From Candidatus Saccharicenans sp. (GTDB taxonomy: Bacteria > Acidobacteriota > Aminicenantia > Aminicenantales > Saccharicenantaceae): a stretch of DNA of 64,000 nt. The stretch lies in NCBI GenBank assembly GCA_030018265.1, contig JASEFX010000001.1, positions 53,532 through 117,531 on the forward strand, in the 5' to 3' direction. The notes under the pieces are model-generated. The model was not told where the DNA came from. It ran no database searches and saw only the letters and a program-made list of their open reading frames with translations. Within the stretch, counting starts at the first letter, position 1, and every line of letters begins with the position of its first letter. Positions 37,727 through 48,134 of the stretch are shown in pieces. A program made the translations under genes and the position numbers.

Positions 37727-39331
37727 ATGAATAGAAAAAAATCTTTAGAACAAAAACAGGAAAAAAATCGGGAATTATTAAGAAGAAGGGAATTTTTCAG
37801 CCGATGCGGGCGCTGCGCTTTTCTTGCTGCCGGGCTGTTTTCTGCTCGCGGCTTTTCCAGTGCGCAGAATGTATCTCTGCTGGATTTAACCTCCCTTCCC
37901 GTCAAGAAGGAAATTAAGCTCAGGTTGTTTTTTGCTCTGCACTCTATGAAACAGGACCGCCCGGACTGGCCCAACCTCGGGTTTGATTTTCGCCCGGTTA
38001 TAGAAAAATATGTTTCGATTCTGGAAAAACGGCTGCCGGAATTTTCTTTTTTGATTTCAACGGTCAGCGGTGCTGAAGAAACCGCCACCATACTCGAGAC
38101 GGACAGAGAGAAAAACATAGATGGATACGTCGTTTTTCAGCTTAATTGCTGGAATCGGGTGGTTCAACCGGCTGTTGAGACCGGAAAGCCCGTTCTTTAC
38201 GTGGATTTCCAGTACGGCGGGAGTGGAGGATTTCTGGTCTATTCAGCCGACCTTATCCGGAAGAAGAAAGAGAATTTCGGGTTCATCTGTTCTTCCAACC
38301 CGGAACATCTGGTAGCTGCCGTCAGGGCTTTTAAAACTTTCAGGAATTCGGCTTCAACAACCAGTTTTTCGGAATTAATCAATGGAATCCGTCAGACCTT
38401 CACGCCTCACCCTGGCTATCTTAAATGCTATCCAGACCCGCTCAATCTTCTCCCGGCGGAAGAAACGGTTTACCGCATGAAAAACTCGCCGATTTTGCTT
38501 TTCCGCGACCATCGTGGCGGAGAACCGGGTGAAATTGCCGGAATCCCGGTGCTTAACCTGCCGTTTTCCGAACTGAATGCTGCCTGGGAAAGTGCCGACA
38601 GGGAACAGGCCAGAGAAATTGCCAGAAAATGGCACAGGCAGGCCTCGCTGGTGCGAGAGGTTAAATTTTCCGAACTGGTGAACTCAGCCGCCATGTATCT
38701 CGGCATGAAAAACCTGCTGGAAAAACACCAGGCGAGGGCCATAACCATAAACTGTCTTGGCGGTTTTTATGGCGGTCATATTCACGCTTATCCCTGTCTG
38801 GGTTTCTATGAGCTGAACAACCAGGGACTGGTCGGGGCCTGCGAAGCCGACCTGAGGTCGACGGCCACCATGGTGGCTTTCGGGATAATGACCGGAGGAC
38901 GACCGGGATACATCTCTGACCCGGTGATTGACCTGGCTGAACGCAGAATAATATATGCCCACTGCGTCGCCCCCTCCCGGGTTTTCGGTCCGGAAGGTCC
39001 ATCAAACCCGGTCGAAATTCTCACCCATTCCGAGGATCGGCAGGGAGCTTCCGTGCGCTCGATCCTGCCCTCGGGATACCTGACCACCAGTGTTGAAATA
39101 GACCATAATAAAAAAGCAATTCTGATGCATCAGGCGAAAGCCACCGGCAATTCTTTTGACGACCGTGCCTGCCGCACGAAACTCGTGGCCGAACCGCTGG
39201 GCGACATCGAAAAACTCTTCACCATGTGGGATGAATGGGGCTGGCACAGGGTTACTTTTTACGGCGACCTGAAACCCGCAGTTTATCAGCTGGCTTCGGC
39301 CTTAGGTTACAGCGTGGTGGAGGAAGCCTGA
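37727..39331 (+). CDS. L-fucose/L-arabinose isomerase-like protein with twin-arginine signal
   Basis: RRREFF N-terminus, with ITINCL, YPCL, CEADL, ISDP, AHC, CRTK and WHR motifs. Confidence 0.7.
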   Translation: MNRKKSLEQKQEKNRELLRRREFFSRCGRCAFLAAGLFSARGFSSAQNVSLLDLTSLPVKKEIKLRLFFALHSMKQDRPDWPNLGFDFRPVIEKYVSILEKRLPEFSFLISTVSGAEETATILETDREKNIDGYVVFQLNCWNRVVQPAVETGKPVLYVDFQYGGSGGFLVYSADLIRKKKENFGFICSSNPEHLVAAVRAFKTFRNSASTTSFSELINGIRQTFTPHPGYLKCYPDPLNLLPAEETVYRMKNSPILLFRDHRGGEPGEIAGIPVLNLPFSELNAAWESADREQAREIARKWHRQASLVREVKFSELVNSAAMYLGMKNLLEKHQARAITINCLGGFYGGHIHAYPCLGFYELNNQGLVGACEADLRSTATMVAFGIMTGGRPGYISDPVIDLAERRIIYAHCVAPSRVFGPEGPSNPVEILTHSEDRQGASVRSILPSGYLTTSVEIDHNKKAILMHQAKATGNSFDDRACRTKLVAEPLGDIEKLFTMWDEWGWHRVTFYGDLKPAVYQLASALGYSVVEEA

Positions 39332-39348
39332 ATTGCAGGAAGGATAAA

Positions 39349-40422
39349 ATGAAATCTTACGACCCCGGTTATCTGGAAAAAATCATCGATAAATTTCCAC
39401 GAGTTAAACTGGTGAATCTTCCAACTCCGGTTCATCGCCTGGAAAATCTGGCGAAAGAGCTCGGTCTTGGAGAACTTCTCGTCAAGCGCGAGGACCTGAC
39501 CGGTCTGGCCTTTGGAGGGAATAAGTCCAGAAAACTTGAGTTCATCATTGCTGACGCTCTGAGCAAAAAAGCAGACACTATCATAACCTGGGGAAGCCTC
39601 CAATCAAACTGGTGTCTGCAAACGGCGGCTGCCGCCCGCCGGTGCGGACTGAGACCGATTCTCGTTCTTTTCAGGACTTATGAGCTTTCTCAGGTCGACC
39701 AGGGAAACATCCTTCTTGAAAAATTGCTTGATGCCGACATAAGATTTTTCGAGGCCAGAACGAAAGGTAAATCGCTGGCTCAGGAAGAAGCTTTTCGCTG
39801 CCTGGAGGAAATTGCCGACGCGGAAAAAGCCAGGGGACATCGTCCCTACATGGTTTCCGTCGGGGGGTCAGCCACCGGCGGCCACATGGAAAAACCGCTG
39901 GGAGCGCTGGCCTACTTCCTGTCGATGATAGAAGTTTACCGGCAGCTCTCAGAAAGCGGAATGCCTGACTGGATAGTTGTGGCTTCCGGTTCAGGAGCCA
40001 CCCAGGCCGGACTTCTGGTCGGTGCCAGGGCTCTTGGCCTGAAGACAGCGGTCGCTGGCATCTGCGTCTCTGACTCCAGGGAAGAATTCCTTCCACTGGT
40101 AAAAAACATTGCCCTGGAACTGCGGGATATGCTTTCGCTGGATTTAACCCTGGAGGAGAAAGATTTTATTCTTTATAATAACTATCTCGGGGAAGGGTAC
40201 GGGATAATTAATTCAAAAATAACAGAAATAATAAAAATGGTGATGCAGAAAGAAGGACTGGTTCTGGACCCGGTGTACACCAGCAAGGCGATGACCGGGC
40301 TGGTCGACCTGGCCAGAAAAAAGCATTTTTCGTCCGGCGAAAAAATCCTCTTCCTCCACACCGGAGGAACACCAGCTCTTTTCGCCTTCTCTGACCGTCT
40401 TCTGGCCGCTGATCGTTTTTAG
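39349..40422 (+). CDS. D-cysteine desulfhydrase/ACC deaminase family PLP enzyme
   Basis: GGNKSRKLEF (PLP Lys), QSNW, LDPVYTSKAM and HTGG. Thr at the positions where ACC deaminases carry Glu/Leu favours a desulfhydrase or sulfo-lyase. Confidence 0.88.
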   Translation: MKSYDPGYLEKIIDKFPRVKLVNLPTPVHRLENLAKELGLGELLVKREDLTGLAFGGNKSRKLEFIIADALSKKADTIITWGSLQSNWCLQTAAAARRCGLRPILVLFRTYELSQVDQGNILLEKLLDADIRFFEARTKGKSLAQEEAFRCLEEIADAEKARGHRPYMVSVGGSATGGHMEKPLGALAYFLSMIEVYRQLSESGMPDWIVVASGSGATQAGLLVGARALGLKTAVAGICVSDSREEFLPLVKNIALELRDMLSLDLTLEEKDFILYNNYLGEGYGIINSKITEIIKMVMQKEGLVLDPVYTSKAMTGLVDLARKKHFSSGEKILFLHTGGTPALFAFSDRLLAADRF

Positions 40423-40424
40423 AG

Positions 40425-40442
40425 TAACCGCCTGAGCGGTTA
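40425..40442. terminator. Short hairpin between convergent genes
   Basis: TAACCGC-CTGA-GCGGTTA inverted repeat with no strong U tract. Confidence 0.35.
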
Positions 40443-40461
40443 TGTAAGATTAAAGTTCCTG

Positions 40462-41406
40462 CTACCGGGATGTTGACTTGAGATATTTAAGAAATTCAGA
40501 ATTTGTGGTCAGGATGAGCCAGGTCCTCTGGGCCAGAGTCTGGCGGTAGGTCTCCAGGGTTTTCAGGAATTGATAAAATTCCGGGTCGAGGTTGTAAGCT
40601 TCGGCGTAGATTCTGGTGGCTTCAGCCTCAGCCTTCCCCTTGATTTCCTGCGCCCGGCGATAAGCTTCTGAGGTTATTATCTTGAGTTCTCTCTCCTTCT
40701 GTCCCCTGATCTCGGCGCTGCGGCCATCTCCTTCTGAACGGTAGCGGGAAGCGATCCTTTTCCTTTCAGCGATCATCCGGTCGAAAACTTTTTTCTGCAC
40801 TTCGTCGACGTAATTGACCCTTTTTATGCGAACGTCTTTGAGTTCGACTCCGAATTCGGGAGTTATTTTCGATGCTCTCTCGAGAATCATCTCCGCAATC
40901 CTGGCCCTTCCGACCTGAATCTTGCCGATGACTTCGGAGTAATCCAGCAGGGCCGATTCTTCGCTCAGGGCGAATTCCCTGTTGGTTGAACGAACGATTT
41001 CGATCAGGTCATAGCTGGCGATCACATTTCTTGTTTCTCCGTCAACCACGTCGTCAAGACGGGAATGGGCGCCACGCTCATCCTTAACCCGCTGGTAAAA
41101 AACCAGGGGGTCGCTGATTCTCCAGCGGCAGTATGTGTCCACCCAGATGTATTTTTTATCCTTTGTGGGTATCTGGTTGGCATCTCCATCCCATTCGAGC
41201 CATCTTTTTTCGAAATAATTGGCTTTCTGAATAAAAGGAACCTTGAAGTGAAGTCCTGGGGAGGTTACCGCGCCGCCGATCGGTTCTCCGAATTGAGTGA
41301 TGATGACCTGATTGGTTTCAGAAACCACGTAGACCGCGTCCAGCAATGCCAGAAGGAAAACAACTATTATTATCGCTATAAGAATTTTCAGGGTGGAAGA
41401 TTTCAT
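40462..41406 (-). CDS. hflC: FtsH modulator HflC (SPFH)
   Basis: PGLHFKVPFIQ, DVRIKR, RMIAER and DPEFYQFLK motifs. Confidence 0.93.
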   Translation of the reverse strand: MKSSTLKILIAIIIVVFLLALLDAVYVVSETNQVIITQFGEPIGGAVTSPGLHFKVPFIQKANYFEKRWLEWDGDANQIPTKDKKYIWVDTYCRWRISDPLVFYQRVKDERGAHSRLDDVVDGETRNVIASYDLIEIVRSTNREFALSEESALLDYSEVIGKIQVGRARIAEMILERASKITPEFGVELKDVRIKRVNYVDEVQKKVFDRMIAERKRIASRYRSEGDGRSAEIRGQKERELKIITSEAYRRAQEIKGKAEAEATRIYAEAYNLDPEFYQFLKTLETYRQTLAQRTWLILTTNSEFLKYLKSTSR

Positions 41407-42386
41407 TTTTTCACCTCCTCTCCCAGGTTCAGCAATGGAAGAATGTTTTTCTGCGCCTCGTCGACGATGATTTTCCTTTCTATGTTCGCCAGCACTTCGT
41501 TGAGCGTTTCCAGGTACAATCTCTTTCTGGTCACGGCCGGGGCCTTGGCGTATTCCCTGTATATGGAAATAAACCTGGCTGCATCGCCCCTGGCGTTGTT
41601 GACTCTTTCGGCCGCGTAGCCCTCAGCCGCTCTTATCAACTGCTCAGCTTCGCCCTGGGCTCTGGGAATCTCCTGATTGTACTCAGCCCAGGCTTCGTTG
41701 ATTTTTCTCTCTTTTTCCTGAAGCGCCTGGTTGACTTCATTAAAGGAAGGCTTTACCGGGTCGGGCGGGTTGACATCCTGAAATATAAGCTGATTAACTT
41801 CAATTCCAAGTTCGTAAGCATCGACCAGTTTCTGCAGCAGAGCCATGGCCTCCGCCGCCAGCGAAGCTCGACCGAAAGTGATCACCTCGTCGACCGAAGC
41901 GTCTCCGACCACCTGGCGGACGACCGCTTCGGTCATCGCCCTGAAGGTCTGGACCGGGTCACGGACTTTGAACAGAAATTTATAAGGGTCCTTGATTTTG
42001 TACTGGACGATCCACTCAGCCACAACCACGTTCAGGTCGCCGGTCAGCATCAGGGATTCTTTGCGTGTTTCTTCGTTGGTGTAATACTCAGATTTCACTC
42101 CCGGCCTGATCGTGCGGTAACCGAATTCCAGCTTGAGCTGCCTCTGTACCGGCACTTTCGTGAGTTTTTCTATCCCCAGTGGAAGCTTGAAATGAAGCCC
42201 CGGGGCGGTGGTCCTGACAAATTTTCCGAAGCGCAGTATTACCCCGATTTCCTCCGGACTCACCTGGTAAACCGAACCGATCAGCAGGATGAAAACGATA
42301 ATCCCGAGCGCCAGGTATTTTATCAGGCGAGCGGAAATTCGGGGAAAGTCGTAGGATGGCCAGCTGTTACCGAATTGTCCTGGCAT
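41403..42386 (-). CDS. hflK: FtsH modulator HflK (SPFH)
   Basis: MLTGDLN, QDVNPP, IPRAQGEA and TRKRLYLET motifs. Start moved to 42386 after AGGAGG. Confidence 0.93.
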   Translation of the reverse strand: MPGQFGNSWPSYDFPRISARLIKYLALGIIVFILLIGSVYQVSPEEIGVILRFGKFVRTTAPGLHFKLPLGIEKLTKVPVQRQLKLEFGYRTIRPGVKSEYYTNEETRKESLMLTGDLNVVVAEWIVQYKIKDPYKFLFKVRDPVQTFRAMTEAVVRQVVGDASVDEVITFGRASLAAEAMALLQKLVDAYELGIEVNQLIFQDVNPPDPVKPSFNEVNQALQEKERKINEAWAEYNQEIPRAQGEAEQLIRAAEGYAAERVNNARGDAARFISIYREYAKAPAVTRKRLYLETLNEVLANIERKIIVDEAQKNILPLLNLGEEVKK

Positions 42387-42417
42387 TTTGCCTCCTGCTA
42401 AAAATTTTTTGATTATT

Positions 42418-43614
42418 TTATTTTCCAATGATTGATTTAAGAACTTTATCCATTTCCTCAAGATTTGACCGGAAGTAATTGAGCCCGGTGGGGGAAGGCT
42501 GGTGGGCAGCTTTGAGTCCCTGGCCGGTCATGATAAGGACGACGGTTCCGGAGAGACGGGATCTGAGTTTGTGGAAAGCGGCCAGAGTGGAAGCGGATTC
42601 CGGCTGCACAAAGAGTCCTTCGGCTTCGGCCAGCTCCTGCTGCGCTTCGATCATTTCCTCATCAGATACCGAGGTCAACCAGCCTTTGTATTCTCCTGTT
42701 AGATGAAGCACCAGGTTGCCAGCCGGCGGGTCGGGGTTGGCGATAGAATGGGCAATGGTTCTGGCTTCTTTTATTCTGGAAAAGGATTTTTCTCCGGCCT
42801 CGAAAGCTTTTGCCAGCGGAGAGCACCCTTCTGCCTGAACGCCAACCATAACCGGCAGTCTGTCGGTAAATCCTGCCTGTTTCATTTCATAAAATCCTTT
42901 AAACAGGCCGACAAAATGTCCGCCGGAACTCACCGGAACAAATACAAAATCCGGCGCTCTTCTGAGCTCCTGGCAGATTTCAAAAGCCGTAAGCTTATAA
43001 CCCTCAATCCGCAGCGGGTCAACTGAATTGGCAAAATAGATCTCGAGCTTTTTCCCGACCTCGAGACTTTTCCAGAAAAGCTGTCCGTAATCTCCGTCAA
43101 CTTCAATTATCAGCGGCCTGAACACCGCGGAAGACAGCAGAGCAGCGGGCGATGTTCCTTTTTTCACCAGCAGAACTGCTTTCAGACCTGCCCGGGCTGC
43201 ATAGGCGGCTGTGGATGAAGCCATATTACCCGTCGAGACAGTGCCGACTTTTCGCCAGCCAAGTTCTGTGATTTTTTGCATGACCACGGCTGAACCGCGG
43301 TCTTTGAAAGAAAGCGTCGGGTTGTTCGTTTCAAGTTTTGCCAGGAGGCTGACTCTGGAGTCAGAAAGCTTCAGCGGAAGAAGAGGAGTACGACCTTCGC
43401 CAAGACTCAGCCAGCTCTGATAATTTTTGAGCGGAAGAAACTCGATGAATTCTTCTATGGAAGCCGTCGCGCGCGCTGTTCCGGAAATTTCCTTCTGAAT
43501 TCCCGTCTCGAAAAGCATCGGCTGGCGACAGCGCGGACAGAAATAGTTATTCGGGCTGAATTCCTGTTTGGACCCGCAGAGCCAGCATCTTAAAAGATTA
43601 TGCGTAAAAACCAT
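42418..43614 (-). CDS. thrC: Threonine synthase
   Basis: N-terminal Zn ribbon, SLGEGRTPL, NPTLSFKDRG, STGN and EGYK motifs. Confidence 0.88.
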   Translation of the reverse strand: MVFTHNLLRCWLCGSKQEFSPNNYFCPRCRQPMLFETGIQKEISGTARATASIEEFIEFLPLKNYQSWLSLGEGRTPLLPLKLSDSRVSLLAKLETNNPTLSFKDRGSAVVMQKITELGWRKVGTVSTGNMASSTAAYAARAGLKAVLLVKKGTSPAALLSSAVFRPLIIEVDGDYGQLFWKSLEVGKKLEIYFANSVDPLRIEGYKLTAFEICQELRRAPDFVFVPVSSGGHFVGLFKGFYEMKQAGFTDRLPVMVGVQAEGCSPLAKAFEAGEKSFSRIKEARTIAHSIANPDPPAGNLVLHLTGEYKGWLTSVSDEEMIEAQQELAEAEGLFVQPESASTLAAFHKLRSRLSGTVVLIMTGQGLKAAHQPSPTGLNYFRSNLEEMDKVLKSIIGK

Positions 43615-43761
43615 GATTTTTTACAGTTTACTTTATGCTTGAAGATAAGTAAAGGAAAAGCTTCCTGAAAGGAGGACAGGCAGATGAAATTTTTTTTGAT
43701 TTATTTTCCGTCGGATATTTACGGTGGGCAGGAATTAGTTTTAAAATCATCTCTCAGGAAA

Positions 43762-44274
43762 ATGAAAAGAAAAAAAACTCAGAACAAAACCGATATTGAC
43801 TGGATGAGGCTGGCCATGACTGAGGCCCGAAAGGCTGCCTCCAGAGGGGAAGTTCCAGTTGGCGCCGTTCTGGTAAAGGATGACCGTTTGCTGGCGCGCG
43901 GACATAACTGTCCGATTTCGAAAAATGACCCGACAGCCCATGCAGAAATCGTGGCTATCAGAAAAGCAGCCAGAAAAACAGGAAACTACCGGCTTCCGGA
44001 ATCGACCATTTACGTGACGGTTGAGCCCTGCCCGATGTGTCTCGGAGCGATAATTCAGGCCCGGGTTAAGAGGCTGGTGTACGGGACAGAAGACCCGAAA
44101 GCTGGCGCGGTGATTTCGCCTTTGAGGTTCGAGCTGTCTCGAGCCAATCACCGTCCGGAAATAGCATCCGGCGTCTGCCGGGAAGAATGTCGTCAGTTGC
44201 TTCAGGATTTTTTCAGAAAAAAGAGACAGGTAAAAAAGAAAAAAGATGGCCGATTGAAAACTGAGCCGGGTTAA
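43762..44274 (+). CDS. tadA: tRNA adenosine(34) deaminase
   Basis: EVPVGAV, DPTAHAE, VEPCPMC and DPKAGA motifs. Confidence 0.93.
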   Translation: MKRKKTQNKTDIDWMRLAMTEARKAASRGEVPVGAVLVKDDRLLARGHNCPISKNDPTAHAEIVAIRKAARKTGNYRLPESTIYVTVEPCPMCLGAIIQARVKRLVYGTEDPKAGAVISPLRFELSRANHRPEIASGVCREECRQLLQDFFRKKRQVKKKKDGRLKTEPG

Positions 44275-44292
44275 AGTAAATTACACAGAGGT

Positions 44293-44387
44293 GGAGAGGT
44301 GGCCGAGCGGTTGAAGGCGACGGTCTCGAAAACCGTTATTCCGGAATTAAACCGGAATCGCGGGTTCGAATCCCGCCCTCTCCGCCA
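44293..44387 (+). tRNA. tRNA-Ser(CGA)
   Basis: GGAGAGG acceptor stem, anticodon arm ACGGT-CTCGAAA-ACCGT, long variable arm, GGTTCGAATCC and encoded CCA. Confidence 0.95.
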
Positions 44388-44422
44388 TTTTTATTTTTTT
44401 ATCGCCGGTCGGGGGAGAAGCC

Positions 44423-45454
44423 ATGCAGAAAGTTAACATAATCCTCATCGGATTTGGCCGGGTAGGGAAAGCTTTTCATGATCTGCTGAGAGAAAAATAC
44501 GATTACTGTCGTGACCGCTATGGCCTGCAGCTGGAACTGAGGGCGATTATCAGACGAAATGGAACCCTGCGTCTTTCAGGCACCAGAGAGCTTATGGCAT
44601 CTTCTGAATCTCCGGGCGGGGAAACAGCAGAGCCGGGAACCTGGAATCCCGCGCTGACGCTGGATGAGCTACTGGAGGAGTTTCATTCTGGAGTGGTGGT
44701 CGATTGCACCCCTTCCGACCTGAAAACAGGGGAACCTGGCTTCGGCTACATTCATCGGGCTTTATCATCAGGCTGGCATGTGGCCACTGCCAGCAAGGGC
44801 GCGCTGGTGGTTCACCCGGCTGAGCTGGAAACTGCTGCCAGATTGAACAACGTTGCTCTTAAAGCCAGCGGAGCGACCGCGGCCGCGCTGCCGGCGCTGG
44901 ACGTCGGGCTCCATTCCCTGGCGGGAGCAGAAATCCTGGCGATAGAGGGCATTCTGAACGGCACCACCAATTACATCCTCAGCAGAATGCACGAAGGGGT
45001 CAGCTTTTCCCGGGCTTTGATAGAAGCCACAGAAAAGGGGATTGCGGAACCGGACCCCACCCAGGATATTGAGGGCTGGGATACTGCGGCGAAAATGGTT
45101 ATAATCGCCAACCGTGTTCTAAAAACAAGATTCAGTCTTTCTGAGGCAATCGTTAACGGAATAAACGGACTGACCGAAGAGATAGTCCAGCGAGCTCTGA
45201 ACATTGGTAAGGTCATAAAATTGATCGGGCGCTGCGCCCGCCAGGATCATCTGTCTCCCTGGAAAATAGAAGTGGGGCTGGCTCTTTTGAATCCGGACCA
45301 TCCTCTGGCCAGAGTGGATGGCAGCAACAAAGGAATTATTTTTTACACTGACTGCATGGGATACATTTTCGTCAGCGGAGGAAAATCGAATCCGAGAGGA
45401 GCGGCTGCCTCCATCCTGAAAGACATAATTTCGATCTACTGGCATGGATATTAA
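44423..45454 (+). CDS. hom: Homoserine dehydrogenase (no ACT domain)
   Basis: GFGRVG, TASKG, GILNGTTNYIL and AEPDPTQDIEGWD motifs. Confidence 0.92.
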   Translation: MQKVNIILIGFGRVGKAFHDLLREKYDYCRDRYGLQLELRAIIRRNGTLRLSGTRELMASSESPGGETAEPGTWNPALTLDELLEEFHSGVVVDCTPSDLKTGEPGFGYIHRALSSGWHVATASKGALVVHPAELETAARLNNVALKASGATAAALPALDVGLHSLAGAEILAIEGILNGTTNYILSRMHEGVSFSRALIEATEKGIAEPDPTQDIEGWDTAAKMVIIANRVLKTRFSLSEAIVNGINGLTEEIVQRALNIGKVIKLIGRCARQDHLSPWKIEVGLALLNPDHPLARVDGSNKGIIFYTDCMGYIFVSGGKSNPRGAAASILKDIISIYWHGY

Positions 45455-45517
45455 ACCGCCGGGTCGCGATTGATTTAAGGTTTTTTTTCTGATAATCTAA
45501 AAAAGCGTTTTTATGGC

Positions 45518-45610
<93 letters not shown>

Positions 45611-45633
45611 GCAATTTTTTAAGGAGAGATGTC

Positions 45634-46845
45634 ATGCAGACGAGGGACTACATAATAATGGAAGACCTTTATGGAGCCCATAATTACCATCCTCTCGATG
45701 TGGTCATCTCAAGAGCCAAAGGAATCTGGATGTGGGATGTTGAGGGAAAAAAATACCTGGATTTTCTCAGCGCTTATTCGGCCGTCAACCAGGGCCACTG
45801 CCATCCGCGAATCGTGAAAACCCTCCAGAAGCAGGCGAAAAAATTAACCCTCACGTCAAGAGCTTTTCGCAACGATCAGTGGCCGCTTCTGGCGAAAGAA
45901 CTGTGCGACCTTACCGGCTTCGAACAGGTTCTTCCGATGAACTCCGGCGCCGAGGCCGTGGAAACCGCTCTGAAGATTGCCAGAAAATGGGCTTACCTGA
46001 AGAAGGGTGTTCCTCAGGACCAGGCTGAAATCATTGCCTGCGCCAACAATTTCCATGGACGGACGATAACGGTCATCAGCTTTTCCACCGAACCGCTTTA
46101 CCGCCAGGACTTCGGACCTTTTACCCCTGGATTCAAGATAATCCCGTTTGGCGACGCTTCAGCTCTGGAAGCAGCGATAACTCCGAACACCGCAGCATTC
46201 CTGGTTGAACCGATTCAGGCCGAGGCGGGAATTCTCATCCCGCCAGACGGTTTTCTGAAGAAAGCCCGGGAGATATGCAAGCAGAATAACGTGCTCTTCA
46301 TCGCCGACGAAATTCAGACCGGTCTGGGCAGGGTCGGAAGACTTTTTGCCTGCGAGTATGAGGGCATAAAACCGGACATGATGGTCATCGGCAAATCTCT
46401 CGGCGGAGGATGTTATCCAATTTCCGCTGTACTATCGACCAGAAATATCATGGAAGTTATAAAACCAGGACAGCACGGGTCCACTTTTGGCGGAAACCCG
46501 CTGGCCTGCGCTGTGGCCCGTGAAGCCCTTCGGGTAATTCAGGAAGAAAACCTGGTGAAAAACGCCGAGGAGAAGGGCGCTTACTTTCTGGAGAGACTCA
46601 AAACCATAAAAAGCCGCTGGATAAAAGAAGTAAGGGGCCGCGGATTGCTGATCGGAATAGAACTCTGGCCGGAAGCCGGAGGCGCCAGACGTTTCTGCGA
46701 AGAGCTTATGAAGGAAGGCCTGCTCTGCAAGGAAACGCATGACCATGTAATCAGGTTTGCTCCGCCTCTCATAATAAGCAAAAGAGAACTGGACTGGGCG
46801 TTCAAGAGAATTAAAAGAGTTTTTAAGAGACTTGAAAAAAGTTGA
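45634..46845 (+). CDS. rocD: Ornithine--oxo-acid aminotransferase
   Basis: [38 protein letters not shown] and [10 protein letters not shown]. Start moved to 45634 after AAGGAG. Confidence 0.95.
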   Translation: MQTRDYIIMEDLYGAHNYHPLDVVISRAKGIWMWDVEGKKYLDFLSAYSAVNQGHCHPRIVKTLQKQAKKLTLTSRAFRNDQWPLLAKELCDLTGFEQVLPMNSGAEAVETALKIARKWAYLKKGVPQDQAEIIACANNFHGRTITVISFSTEPLYRQDFGPFTPGFKIIPFGDASALEAAITPNTAAFLVEPIQAEAGILIPPDGFLKKAREICKQNNVLFIADEIQTGLGRVGRLFACEYEGIKPDMMVIGKSLGGGCYPISAVLSTRNIMEVIKPGQHGSTFGGNPLACAVAREALRVIQEENLVKNAEEKGAYFLERLKTIKSRWIKEVRGRGLLIGIELWPEAGGARRFCEELMKEGLLCKETHDHVIRFAPPLIISKRELDWAFKRIKRVFKRLEKS

Positions 46846-46920
46846 AGAAAAGTGTCCTCTTCTGAGGACGCGTTGAAGCAGAAAGAGCGGCAACAGAACT
46901 GACCGCAGGATAGCGTGAGC

Positions 46921-46936
46921 AGGCACATTTTTTGCT
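46921..46936 (+). promoter_or_regulatory. Putative sigma-54 (-24/-12) promoter
   Basis: AGGCAC-ATTTT-TTGCT, with GG at 46922 and GC at 46934 (canonical spacing), just upstream of the GGAGG RBS and ATG 46960. Confidence 0.65.
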
Positions 46937-46959
46937 AATATCTTCTGCGGGAGGCAAAA

Positions 46960-48105
46960 ATGAGAAAGATTACATTTCTGATATTGCTGGCGCTTCTGGC
47001 TTCAAGTTGCATAATGTACATTCCTTATGATGAAACACGCGGCAGGGGGAGAACGAATTACGAACCACCGGCTCCTCCGCCGCCAGCTCCCCGGGTTCAC
47101 GCAGAGATTTCCATTACCTTCATCTATGATTATCTGGGGAAGTACGGCTACTGGGTTTACCTGAATCCCTACGGTTATGTATGGATTCCGAGGGGAGTTG
47201 GCCGTCACTGGCGTCCTTACACTGAAGGGCGCTGGGTCTGGACAGAGTACGGGTGGATGTGGGTTTCAACCCATCCCTGGGGCTGGATTCCCTTTCATTA
47301 CGGACGCTGGGGATGGAACAGCCGGCTCGGCTGGTTCTGGGTGCCGGATGTCGTCTGGGCGCCGGCCTGGGTTGTCTGGAGGTTTGGCGATCTGTACATA
47401 GGCTGGGCACCGCTGCCTCCGGAGGTGGCTTTCGTACCAGGTTATGGCTTCAGATGGGGAAGGCTGGATATTGACGTGCATTTCTGGATATTTGTGGAAG
47501 CCAGAAGATTCCATTCCAATCAGTTGAGAGCCTGGGTGCTGCCGCCGGAACGCAACATTACGATTATCAACTTTACAGTTCTGCGAAACAGATATACTGT
47601 GAGGGAAAGAAATATAATCGTCAATGACGCTATCTCCTCTCAGGAAATAGAAAGAATCACCAGGGTTCCGGTGACCAGAGTCAACGTGAGGCAGGTACAG
47701 AGACCGGAAGAGGCGGGAAGCGGAGTCAATGAAGTCCGGGTTTACCGGCCGGAGATAAAGCAGGAGTCAGTCACTCCGAAAAGCTACATGAAAGCTGAGG
47801 AAGCAGAACAGAAAATTCGCCTGACACAGCTTCAGAGATCAGAAAATCTGGAAGAAATTCATCGACGGGAAGCTGAACTTCTGGAAAGAACCCAGAGGCT
47901 GGAAATAGAAAAATTGAGAAAGCAGATTCAGGAAGAAGCCAGAAACGCTCCTCCGCAAGAAAAACAGAAAAAAATGTCCGAGTTACAGGCCAGGCTGGAA
48001 GAATTGAAGAAAAAGCACGAGCAGGAGAAACAGGATCTTCAAAAAAGACAGTCAGAAGAAAAGAGAATTATTAAAAAAGAAAACCTGAGGAGAAAGGGCG
48101 AATAA
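46960..48105 (+). CDS. Trp/Pro/Gly-rich lipoprotein (DUF6600-like) with C-terminal coiled coil
   Basis: Lipobox LASSC, YGYW...WRPY..GRWVWT.YGW, WGWIPFHYGRW, WAPAWVVW and IGWAPLPP motifs. E/K/Q-rich tail. Confidence 0.8.
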   Translation: MRKITFLILLALLASSCIMYIPYDETRGRGRTNYEPPAPPPPAPRVHAEISITFIYDYLGKYGYWVYLNPYGYVWIPRGVGRHWRPYTEGRWVWTEYGWMWVSTHPWGWIPFHYGRWGWNSRLGWFWVPDVVWAPAWVVWRFGDLYIGWAPLPPEVAFVPGYGFRWGRLDIDVHFWIFVEARRFHSNQLRAWVLPPERNITIINFTVLRNRYTVRERNIIVNDAISSQEIERITRVPVTRVNVRQVQRPEEAGSGVNEVRVYRPEIKQESVTPKSYMKAEEAEQKIRLTQLQRSENLEEIHRREAELLERTQRLEIEKLRKQIQEEARNAPPQEKQKKMSELQARLEELKKKHEQEKQDLQKRQSEEKRIIKKENLRRKGE

Positions 48106-48134
48106 TTCCCGTTTCTCAGGCTTGAGGTTGACCT

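Noticed and set aside
44293..44387. 95-nt tRNA with a long variable arm as possible tRNA-Sec or UGA suppressor
   Set aside because: The anticodon is CGA and the acceptor stem is 7 bp, so this is an ordinary tRNA-Ser.
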